DNA of 32,000 nucleotides from Candidatus Saccharimonadota bacterium (GTDB lineage Bacteria > Patescibacteriota > Saccharimonadia > Saccharimonadales > Saccharimonadaceae): NCBI GenBank assembly GCA_020160975.1, contig JAIUPJ010000001.1, positions 660,001-692,000 of the forward strand. Reading direction: 5' to 3'. The notes beneath the pieces were generated by a model that was given only the letters and a program-made list of their open reading frames with translations, ran no database searches and was not told the origin of the DNA. Position numbers and translations under genes: made by a program. This document shows, in pieces, positions 16,693 to 24,938 of this stretch. Each line of letters opens with the position of its first letter. The first letter of the stretch is position 1.

Positions 16693-18339
16693 ATGGATCT
16701 GCAGAGTGAGCTCTCGAAGATTATTGAAGGCGATGTCGATACGAGCGATGAAACACGTGCATTTTATAGTCACGATGCGAGTCTTTTTGAATTGGTGCCG
16801 CAAGCAGTGGTGTTTCCTAGGTCGGCAGAGGATATCAAGGCACTGGTTTCATTTGTTACTACCCACAAGAAAGATCTCCCTAACCTGAGTCTGACCGCAC
16901 GCTCTCGAGGTACCGATATGTCCGGCGCAGCCATCAACGACTCGATTATTGTCGATACGAGTAAATACATGACCGCAATTCGAGAAGTTTCGGCAAAATC
17001 TGCAACGGCCGAACCGGGATTGATGTACAGAGATTTCGAAGCGAAAACATTGAAATTTGGGAGCATCTTGCCGAGCTACCCTGCAAGTCGCGAGTTGGCG
17101 GGGATCGGCGGTATTGTCAACAATAATTCAGGCGGTGAGAAATCGCTACAATACGGTAAGACAGACCGTTATACGAAACAGATGAAAATGGTACTCGCCG
17201 ACGGTAAAGAGTATGTCGTCAAGCCACTTACGCGCGCTGCTCTCAACAAAAAAATGAGCCAGGATGGTTTTGAAGGCCAACTCTACCGCCAGACATTCGA
17301 GCTTCTTGACATGAATTATGATGAAATCAAGCAAGCTGCCCCAAAAGTCAGCAAAGATTCGACAGGTTATCATTTGTGGAATGTCTGGGATCGAGAAAAG
17401 GGGATATTTGATTTGACACAACTGTTTGTGGGTGCGCAAGGTACGCTCGGTATCATGACCGAGGCAACACTCGGTCTCGTACCAAAAGCAAAATATTCGG
17501 GAACGCTGGTTTGCTACATGCCAAAAATTGACAACTTAGGTGAAGTAATTCCAGCGGTGTTGCGTGAACACCCAGCGACCTTCGAGTGTTTCGATGACAA
17601 TACACTGTGGCTTAGTTTTAAGTTTATCTTTTCATTTATCAAGCGGCTCGGTTTCATGACATGGTTCATTATGTGCATGCAGCTAATTCCCGATGGACTT
17701 GCCCTGCTTCGAGGTATCCCAAAGCTCATTTTGTTGATTGAGTTCACTGGTGATTCGGAAGAAGAAGTGCGCACTAAAGTTCGCACTGCAAGAAACAATT
17801 TGCGTGGCTTTGGGTTTAGTTATATCGAAGAAGACTCAACCGAAGCAGAAGCAAGAAAGTTCTGGCTGATGCGACGCGAAAGTTTTAACTTGCTTCGTAG
17901 TAAGGTGAAAGATAAGCACACCGCACCATTTATCGATGACCTAATTGTCCCCCCCGCCCGACTAGCCGAATTTTTGCCAAAACTTCGCAAAATAATCAAA
18001 AAATATAAATTGCTCGCCACAATTGCAGGGCATTTAGGTGACGGTAATTTTCATGTGATTCCGCTGATGAACATCGAAGACCCGAAAGAGCGCGCAAAGT
18101 TTGCGCCCGCAATGAAAGAAGTGAATAGCCTGGTTATTCGCTATGGTGGGAGTGTGAGTGGAGAGCACAATGATGGTATGATTCGCGGGCCATGGCTCAA
18201 AGAAATGTATAGCCCTAACGTGCTGGGATATATGAAAGAAATTAAAGCGCTTTATGACCCGATGAATATCTTTAACCCCCATAAAAAGACCGATGCAACC
18301 TGGGAATACAGCTTCAAACATATTCGTAAGAATTTTTAA
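16693..18339 (+). CDS. FAD-binding oxidoreductase (GlcD / D-lactate dehydrogenase-like)
   Basis: AVVFPRSAEDIKALVSFV and ARSRGTDMSGAAIN indicate a PCMH-type FAD domain. GHLGDGNFHV and YGGSVSGEHNDG are C-terminal motifs. ATG 16693 is preferred over the track start 16612, whose N-terminus looks non-protein-like. The start is uncertain. Confidence 0.8.
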   Translation: MDLQSELSKIIEGDVDTSDETRAFYSHDASLFELVPQAVVFPRSAEDIKALVSFVTTHKKDLPNLSLTARSRGTDMSGAAINDSIIVDTSKYMTAIREVSAKSATAEPGLMYRDFEAKTLKFGSILPSYPASRELAGIGGIVNNNSGGEKSLQYGKTDRYTKQMKMVLADGKEYVVKPLTRAALNKKMSQDGFEGQLYRQTFELLDMNYDEIKQAAPKVSKDSTGYHLWNVWDREKGIFDLTQLFVGAQGTLGIMTEATLGLVPKAKYSGTLVCYMPKIDNLGEVIPAVLREHPATFECFDDNTLWLSFKFIFSFIKRLGFMTWFIMCMQLIPDGLALLRGIPKLILLIEFTGDSEEEVRTKVRTARNNLRGFGFSYIEEDSTEAEARKFWLMRRESFNLLRSKVKDKHTAPFIDDLIVPPARLAEFLPKLRKIIKKYKLLATIAGHLGDGNFHVIPLMNIEDPKERAKFAPAMKEVNSLVIRYGGSVSGEHNDGMIRGPWLKEMYSPNVLGYMKEIKALYDPMNIFNPHKKTDATWEYSFKHIRKNF

Positions 18340-18351
18340 AATAATTCACTA

Positions 18352-18923
18352 ATGTCTCATTTGTTAAACTATCAAATTCGCCTGCTTCTCACAGTTGATT
18401 TTTTGGTGCTTGTTGCAGGAGCGCTCGTAATTCCCTTTTATTCAGTCTATGTAGAAAAAATCGGGGGAGTATTTTGGATGCAGGGCTGGCGGCGAGCGTT
18501 TTTGCGGTAGTTGCAGGACTGACATCTATTATTGCGGGTATGTAGAGTGACCGAATAAAGGCTAAGCCAATGGCGGTGGTTGCAGGGTACGCCCTAATCG
18601 GCATTGGGTTCCTTGCATACCTCGCAGTAACTGATGTATGGAGTTTGATGATTGTACAGGGATTTATCGGGCTATCAACCGCATTTTACCAGCCCGCATA
18701 CGATGTCATATACACGCACTTTGTCGGAAACGGGCGACGGGCAACGACGCGATGGGCATTGTGGGAGTCTGCAAATTATTTTTCTCTTGCAGTTGGTGCG
18801 GTGATTGGTGGGGGTATCGTGCAATATTTGGGATTTACGACATTGTTTATTGTCATGGCGGGACTGTCATGGCTGGCAGCAATCTTTTTGTATATTCACC
18901 TAAAGTCGTTGATATTTGAATAG
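18352..18923 (+). pseudogene. MFS transporter remnant (N-terminal half only; one frameshift and one in-frame TAG)
   Basis: Frame 1 reads MSHLLNYQIRLLLTVDFLVLVAGALVIPFYSVYVEKIGG. About 18465-18475 the sense shifts to frame 0: LDAGLAASVFAVVAGLTSIIAGM-TAG(18543-18545)-SDRIKAKPMAVVAGYALIGIGFLAY... It ends after about 6 TM segments at 18923. Confidence 0.7.
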
Positions 18924-18932
18924 ATCAAGTCG

Positions 18933-18959
18933 CTAGCACTCTTGCATGTCGAGTGCTAG
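18933..18959. promoter_or_regulatory. CIRCE operator with embedded dnaJ promoter -35
   Basis: CTAGCACTC-ttgcatgtc-GAGTGCTAG. TTGCAT (18942-18947) is followed by 17 nt, TATACT (18965-18970), 7 nt and then ATG 18978. Confidence 0.9.
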
Positions 18960-18977
18960 TTGTCTATACTAAGAGAG

Positions 18978-20090
18978 ATGAGTGAAAAACGTGACTATTA
19001 TGAAGTGCTCGGTGTTGGCAAGACCGCCAGCGATGATGAGATAAAAAAAGCTTTTCGAAAAGCTGCTGTCAAGCATCACCCCGACAAAGAGGGTGGAGAC
19101 GAAGCCAAGTTTAAAGAAGTAAATGAAGCGTACGAAGTTTTAAAAGATAAGCAAAAGCGTCAACGCTATGACCAGTTTGGTCATGCCGGTGTTGGTGGCG
19201 CTTCTGGTGGTGGTGCGAGCGGCAATCCGTTCGAGGGTTTCAACTTCAATGGCCAAGACATTCATTTTGATTTTGGCGGTGGCGCCGGTGGTTTTGGTGA
19301 TTTGTTTGGACAATTTTTTGGTGGTGCAGCAGGTGGCCAGCGTGGGCCAAAGCGCGGACGCGACGTCGAGACCCGTCTGACGCTATCGTTCGAAGAAGCA
19401 ATTTTTGGCAAAGATGAAACGATTCACCTCAGTCTTGACGACGAGTGTTCACACTGTCATGGCACGACTGTTGAGCCGGGTCATGAGCTCAAGACTTGTC
19501 CAGACTGTAAGGGCGCAGGACAACAAGTTCGCCTCATGAATACAATGTTTGGCCAGATTCAACAAGCGGTGACATGCGAAACATGTCGTGGGCAAGGCAA
19601 GGTGCCAGAAGTAGTCTGTACGGTATGTAAAGGCAGGGGGACCGAGCGCCGTGAGCAAGCGATCAAAGTCAAGATTCCGGCAGGTATTGACGAAGGTGCC
19701 ACGATTCGCCTGCAAGGACATGGCGAAGCAATTGCTGGTGGCAAAAAGGGCGATCTCTATGTACATATACGAGTAAAAGCACACAAAAAATTCACCCGCG
19801 AAGGAGACCTAGTGCTCAGCGAAGAGCATATTGGCATGGTAGACGCGGCACTTGGATGTGAGGTAAATGTTGATACGGTCGACGGCAAGGTAACGATGAA
19901 AGTACCCGCCGGTACACAGAGCGGCACTGACTTCAAGTTATCTGGGCACGGCGTGCCGCATCTGCGCAGTGAAACCCGCGGTGCGCATATCGTCAGCATT
20001 GTTGTTGATACACCGACAAAGCTCAGCAAAAAGCAGCGGGAACTCCTCGAAGAATTTCAGGGAGCCAAAAAACGTTCAATTTTTGGCTAG
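18978..20090 (+). CDS. dnaJ: molecular chaperone DnaJ (type I Hsp40)
   Basis: The J domain is DYYEVLGV...KHHPDK. A Gly/Phe-rich region follows. There are four CxxCxGxG zinc motifs ([32 protein letters not shown]). The track start at 18960 is a TTG extension. Confidence 0.95.
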   Translation: MSEKRDYYEVLGVGKTASDDEIKKAFRKAAVKHHPDKEGGDEAKFKEVNEAYEVLKDKQKRQRYDQFGHAGVGGASGGGASGNPFEGFNFNGQDIHFDFGGGAGGFGDLFGQFFGGAAGGQRGPKRGRDVETRLTLSFEEAIFGKDETIHLSLDDECSHCHGTTVEPGHELKTCPDCKGAGQQVRLMNTMFGQIQQAVTCETCRGQGKVPEVVCTVCKGRGTERREQAIKVKIPAGIDEGATIRLQGHGEAIAGGKKGDLYVHIRVKAHKKFTREGDLVLSEEHIGMVDAALGCEVNVDTVDGKVTMKVPAGTQSGTDFKLSGHGVPHLRSETRGAHIVSIVVDTPTKLSKKQRELLEEFQGAKKRSIFG

Positions 20091-20922
20091 TTTAGTGGAA
20101 CTGCAACGAGAGTTTTGGCTAGTGCGATTTCGAACGCCTCACGTAGGTTGTTGATGGCGCTTTGTTTTGTTGCTAAGGTCTCTTGGTCGTGAGTGATTGA
20201 AGTATTGTACTCGACCTGGAGGGACTGTACAGGGTGGGAAATGCCATGAACGCGTAAGAGCGTTGCGTTGCGCCGTGAGGAATAGTGGCGTGTGAGGTAC
20301 CCACCACGGTAGACAAGAATGAGATGGATATCAGTGGGTTGGTTGCGTATCGCGAGCTCGTGCTCAAATAATATTTTAGTGTGGTGGGCAGCTCGGCAGA
20401 GCAGCTGGTTGGTTCGCCGTCTGCTTCAGCCGTTTCTTCTCCGCCGCGATTTGATAGCACGAATGAGGGCATTGTGACTTCTTCATTTGATTTGTTTTTG
20501 CCTATCACATAATGTGCCGTGTTGTCCCAAGCGACGACAAGCACCGGTTTGTCGGCAGCACGTAGTTGAGTGACTATCTCGCCATGAAAGGGCTTATAAA
20601 ATCGTGCATGTAGCTCGTTTTTCTCCGCTTCACTCAATTATTTGCCTTTCTTCCGAATTCTGTGCCGAAGCGGCTTTGCGTAGTCTTAATCCTGGAATCT
20701 GCCTAGATCATCAGGATTTCTGTTGAGATCACCCAGCGCGCGACTGTGCTTGGCGATAATTGTCGCGATGCCGATCTGCGGCACTGTCTCAGCGGTGTCA
20801 TAGTCTGAAGATCGAATCTTTTCATCTTCTGATAACGCGCAGCGTTCAGCCAGTTCATGGAAAACATGGCTCGCATGATGTGCAGCGTAGATACTATGAC
20901 GCAGACACGCGTCATTATACAT
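20087..20922 (-). pseudogene. N-formylglutamate amidohydrolase (FGase)-family gene, disrupted by two in-frame TAA codons and one frameshift
   Basis: The N-terminal part ends ...IIAKHSRALGDLNRNPDD (SRlviDlNR-like). TAA codons sit at 20688-20686 and 20640-20638 in the same frame as the next segment (LHARFYKPFHGEIV). The C-terminal family motif VYRGGYLTRHY...VQSLQVEYN is readable only in another frame, open from 20425 to TAG 20089-20087. TATAAT lies 6 nt upstream of ATG 20922. Confidence 0.55.
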
Positions 20923-20968
20923 GAGAGAATTATAGCATGATAGGTTAGAGTAAGAAGCAAAGATTATA

Positions 20969-20997
20969 TTGACTAAAAACAATGCATGTGATATAAT
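20969..20997 (+). promoter_or_regulatory. near-consensus sigma70-type promoter of the DUF1704-like gene (leaderless arrangement)
   Basis: TTGACT is followed by 17 nt and TGaTATAAT, which is an extended -10. The ATG at 21004 lies 6 nt after the -10. Confidence 0.65.
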
Positions 20998-21003
20998 ATA
21001 AAC

Positions 21004-22421
21004 ATGAAAATAGACCACTCATCTCTAGATAGCAAGCTGATTAACCACTTGAATGCGCCGTCATCTTTTATTGACTATGCTCGTTTTGAAGACAGTAATA
21101 CCGCGCGTAAAACTGCTCAGAACGATTTTGTAAATGGCGAGGTATACACCCCTGATTATCGTTATCCAAAACTCACACATCTCTACGATACTGACGATAA
21201 AGGTAGTTCGATTTCAGAAAAAAATCGAAGACATACGAAGCGATTCTTGAGCTTGAAGCCCACAAAAATACGGGATATCTGCCAGAAAGTGTATTTGAGC
21301 TATATGCCTCATATCACGAAGCTCGACTCAAGAAGATGATGCTTGTTGAAGCAGCAAAACGTCTACATGAGCCTGGAACATCTTCGCAACAGATGGTAGC
21401 ACGTGAAGAGTATACTTTTTTGAATAAAGAGCTCTATGGGGAGATGAACGTTGAGGCATTTTCTGCGATTATGGCCACCGAGTCTCGTCGAGTTGAGGAG
21501 TTTATTCCGTCAAACGGCCCAGCCACCCAAATTAAGTCAGAGCTGCTGGACTATTTCAGGCAACATAAATTTAGCGGTGTCGAAAAGTGCCATCTTTCAG
21601 ATGAAGAGATGAGTAGAATGAAGGAGTCAATTGATAAGAGGTATACTCATTGCCTTGAACCTATTCCCGATACCCAAGACGATGTTTATTACGATGCGCA
21701 GGAGTGCGTGGCTATAATGAATAGCTGCCTTTTGGCGAGCGGTCTAGCTAAAGCTGGTTGGATATGCGAAGTAAATCCTACAAAAGCAAACCCTGCAACA
21801 AATGAAGGTGCAAAAAAGATATTTCTTCCTGCTACAACTTGTCGTAATGCTGCAGAGCTACGCCGACTGTACCTACACGAGGGTGAAGTTCATGCACGCC
21901 GAGCATATAACGGCAGCTTGACCGACATCGTCCCTCTTGAAAAAGGTACGGCAAACTATGCCGATGTTGAGGAGGGGCTGGGTGTTGTTTTGGAGGCAAT
22001 AGACTCAGGCGATATGACATCAAGTGCTGCATATAATCGTGCGCGCGATCGCTACATCCTTGCAGGCTTGGCGCTTGGCACTGATGGCCATCCAAAAGAT
22101 GGACGATCTTCGTACGAAATAATGTGGCGACTAGTAGCACTTAGAGGTAGTAAAGACGGTACTATTTCTGAACAAGATATCATCAGTGCTAAGCAGCAGG
22201 CGACAGCCCATAGCGATAACGCTTTTCGTGGAACAAATTTTGCGATGCCCGGCGTTATCTACTCTAAATTAAAAGTCTACTATGAAGGACTGGCAAAGAA
22301 TGTCACCTATCTTCGAGATCATATAGACACTCTCGATGAAGCACTAGATATTGCAATGACAGGCAAGTATGATCATACTGATCAGCACGAAAGAAGTCAT
22401 GTACGAAACTTAGTCATGTAG
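21004..22421 (+). CDS. DUF1704 / MATCAP-like metallocarboxypeptidase (QEGLA-motif family), frame interrupted by a -1 shift at an A7 tract
   Basis: HEGEVHARRAYNG is an HExxxH motif followed by NG. GTANYADVEEGLGVVLE is the QEGLA-like motif. The two track ORFs (21004-21339 and 21336-22421) join into one sensible sequence, ...ISEK(K)SKTYEAILELEAHKNTGYLPESVFELYASYHEARLKKMMLVEAAKRL..., if the frame shifts by -1 at A_AAA_AAT (21219-21225). Confidence 0.65.
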
Positions 22422-22443
22422 GTGATATGAAGTTCTGTATATC

Positions 22444-23235
22444 ATGAAAATACTTTTAGTAACAACTGGTCGAGATTTATCAGTTAGCTTTTTTAAGTCG
22501 ATCGCAAACGTGCATTGTGATGTGGCTGAATTTGGTAAAGACCTGCCCCTTAGTTTGCTCGACACCTACGACATTGTTTATTTTCGGGACCCGTTTGTAG
22601 TAAGTGACTATAGTCTATCTGCAATTGAACGGACGATTTCTGATACTCATGCGCGCTACCCGCATAGCTACTATGTTGATCGCGTTGAAAGTCTGTCGGA
22701 TGTACTCTTCGAAGATAAGTGGCTGCAGTATCAGCACTATCGGCAGTATATGCCGCTCACGGCGCAGGTTGATGAGGGGAAATTGGATCAAGGCATGATA
22801 GCGAAAAAGAGAATATCATCACGCGCACGTGACATAGTATTCTCTGAAGACGACGTTAGTTTTAGTGAGTCCGATGCAGATTTATTTATCATGCAAGAAA
22901 AAATTGACATTATTCGAGAATACCGAGTATATGTTGTTTGTGGTGATGTTTTGCCACTTGTTTCTACTAAACAAAGTAAAACTGTAAGTCAGAAAGCAAA
23001 AGTCACCGATATCTTGGCGGCACCTATTGAGCTACTAGAATTTGTGAAGTTGGTACTGCTAGAAGGTCCACAGTTCGATTTTATCGGTTTGGATGTCGCC
23101 GAGACTAATAATGGATATGTGTTGATTGAGGTAAATCGAGCTCCGCAGTTCGTCCGATACAATCAGATTTTAGGTGTTAATCTCGCAGCGCAACTAGTAG
23201 AAAAAATTACATCACACTCTTTACTATTTAAGTAG
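22444..23235 (+). CDS. divergent ATP-grasp ligase (RimK-like paralog)
   Basis: 263 aa. MKILLVTTG is a pre-ATP-grasp start like RimK. KKRISSRARDIVF sits in place of KP.GS.G.GV. LFIMQEKIDIIREYRVYVVCGDVL and FIGLDVAETNNGYVLIEVNRAPQF (E..N Mg ligands) fit the family. The gene is visibly AT-rich. Confidence 0.6.
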   Translation: MKILLVTTGRDLSVSFFKSIANVHCDVAEFGKDLPLSLLDTYDIVYFRDPFVVSDYSLSAIERTISDTHARYPHSYYVDRVESLSDVLFEDKWLQYQHYRQYMPLTAQVDEGKLDQGMIAKKRISSRARDIVFSEDDVSFSESDADLFIMQEKIDIIREYRVYVVCGDVLPLVSTKQSKTVSQKAKVTDILAAPIELLEFVKLVLLEGPQFDFIGLDVAETNNGYVLIEVNRAPQFVRYNQILGVNLAAQLVEKITSHSLLFK

Positions 23236-23257
23236 AAAGTAGTATAGTATACAAGTT

Positions 23258-23788
23258 ATGGTAGTACAAAAGACAACCATTGGCCGCACTGCCTCCGCTG
23301 CGTTTCCTGCGGAAGGAATTCATGATGTACCGGTAAAGATTGATACCGGTGCCGATAGCTCGTCGATATGGGCGAGTGAGCTCCATATGTCGAAAAGTGG
23401 GGTTTTGAGCTTTACTCTGTTTGGTATAGGCTCTCCGTACTATTCAGGCAAACGACATACAGCCAAAAATTATACCGCTAGCCTGATACGCAGCTCAAAT
23501 GGTAATGCGCAGATTCGCTACAAGGTACCGTTATCTATTGAGCTGGAAGGCCGTAAGATTCGTGGCACCTTTACCCTTGCGGATCGCTCGAAAAACACCT
23601 ATCCTGTGCTAGTGGGCTGTGCGTTGCTCAATAAGAAATTTGTAGTAGATGTATCGAAGCGATCAAAGATAAGGCCACCCGCACAGCACGAAAAGATCGG
23701 GGCCTTGACCGAAGAACTCAAGCAAGATCCACTCGGATTTTTTGAGAAATATCATATTGATAACCAGCGTGGAGATATAGAATTATGA
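23258..23788 (+). CDS. retropepsin-like protease of the RimK-associated 'ATP-dependent zinc protease' family (RimB-like)
   Basis: GRTASAAFPAEGIHDVPVKIDTGADSSSIWA carries a DTGA aspartic-protease signature. YPVLVGCALLNKKFVVD is also present. The stop overlaps the rimK start (ATGA). Confidence 0.75.
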   Translation: MVVQKTTIGRTASAAFPAEGIHDVPVKIDTGADSSSIWASELHMSKSGVLSFTLFGIGSPYYSGKRHTAKNYTASLIRSSNGNAQIRYKVPLSIELEGRKIRGTFTLADRSKNTYPVLVGCALLNKKFVVDVSKRSKIRPPAQHEKIGALTEELKQDPLGFFEKYHIDNQRGDIEL

Positions 23789-24696
23789 AAATTGCCATTC
23801 TCAGTAACGGAACAGGAAACTACTCTACCAAGCGACTCAAAGAAGTCGCCATTGCGCGTGGGCATGAAGTTAAGGTTATAAAGTACCGAGAGTGCTATGC
23901 CAGTATTGAGAAAAACAATCCAACAGTAAGTTACCGTGGTGAAGATCTGTCTGGATATGATGCTATTATCCCGCGTATCGCTAGTTATATGACTCGCTAT
24001 GGCACGGCCATTGTGCGTCAGCTTGAAATGCAGGGCGTGTATACTATTTCGAGTTCGATTGCGATCACGAGGAGTCGAGATAAACTTCGCAGTATGCAGC
24101 TACTCGCAAAAGCAGGAGCGGGCGTGCCAAAGACGGTATTTAGTCGCAATTCAACTGATATTGATGACCTCATCGAAAAACTTGGTGGTACACCAGTTAT
24201 CATCAAGCTGGCGCGTGGTACGCACGGTAATGGCGTGGTGCTTGCGGAGAGCAAGAAAGCTGCAAAATCTGTACTGCAGGCGTTCTACTTGAGCAATGAT
24301 GATGGTACGAACATTTTAATTCAAGAGTTTATCAAAGAATCAGCCGGTACCGATATCCGCGCCTTTGTGGTGGGAGGACGAGTCGTCGCGAGCATGAAGC
24401 GACAAAGTCTCGACGACGATTTTCGTAGTAATCTGCACAAGGGTGGAGAAGGCACTATCATTAAGCTCACTGAAGAGGAGCGCAAAATGGCGATCAAAGC
24501 GGCAAAAGCGATGGGACTTAATGTTGCCGGTGTTGATATGATGCGCAGTGATCGTGGCCCGCTGATTCTTGAAGTCAATGCCAGTCCAGGGTTTGGTATA
24601 GAAAAAGTCACAGGTCGAGATGTCGCGACACCAATCATTGAGTATATCGAGCGTAATGCTAAGCGTGGACACAAAAAGGACAAAGTAGGAGCATAG
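23785..24696 (+). CDS. rimK: RimK-family alpha-L-glutamate ligase (ribosomal protein S6 glutamate ligase type)
   Basis: MKIAILS...STKRLKEVAIARGHEVKVI is the N-terminus. VIIKLARGTHGNGVVLAE, LIQEFIKESAGTDIRAFVVGGRVVASMKR and GVDMMRSDRGPLILEVNASPG are ATP-grasp motifs. Confidence 0.9.
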   Translation: MKIAILSNGTGNYSTKRLKEVAIARGHEVKVIKYRECYASIEKNNPTVSYRGEDLSGYDAIIPRIASYMTRYGTAIVRQLEMQGVYTISSSIAITRSRDKLRSMQLLAKAGAGVPKTVFSRNSTDIDDLIEKLGGTPVIIKLARGTHGNGVVLAESKKAAKSVLQAFYLSNDDGTNILIQEFIKESAGTDIRAFVVGGRVVASMKRQSLDDDFRSNLHKGGEGTIIKLTEEERKMAIKAAKAMGLNVAGVDMMRSDRGPLILEVNASPGFGIEKVTGRDVATPIIEYIERNAKRGHKKDKVGA

Positions 24697-24938
24697 GCGC
24701 AAATAGGACAGACCCTAGGGCTTTTTCCTATCGCGCCGAGAACGAAAGAATTCATTTGTGGGGCTGGTTACCCCTTTAGTTATAAATAAGAAACCCCAGT
24801 AAATTCGGATTTTTTATCCGATATCGTAGCGAGATAGCCGTACTCATGGAGCTCAACGGATTTTTCTTTATAGCTGTTTATCCTAAAATCTAACTTCTAG
24901 AATCTAATATCTTTTTCCCATAGCGTATAATCTAAAGC

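Noticed and set aside
18543-20688. Stop-codon reassignment as an explanation for the in-frame TAG (MFS) and TAA codons (FGase-like).
   Set aside because: TAA, TAG and TGA all terminate well-conserved genes at their expected ends in this window: tilS TAA, dnaK/lepA/grpE/rimK TAG, ftsH/murJ TGA. The affected genes also carry frameshifts, so pseudogenisation is the simpler reading.
20173-21339. Treating 20173-20637, 20686-21018 and 21004-21339 as three independent small genes.
   Set aside because: The first two are co-linear fragments of one FGase-like gene, in the same frame and separated by two TAA codons. The 20173 end is an out-of-frame read-through. The N-terminal 32 codons of 20686-21018 overlap the divergent promoter. 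The third is the 5' part of the DUF1704-like gene.
24697-24938. The 240-nt rimK to membrane-protein intergenic region as a possible sRNA or riboswitch. Structures seen were the ATAGGA...TCCTAT stem, GGGG-ctggtta-CCCC-TTT, and TCGGAT-ttttt-ATCCGA.
   Set aside because: The stems are short or weak and no recognisable riboswitch core is present. The simplest reading is a weak terminator for rimK plus the TATAAT promoter of the next gene.
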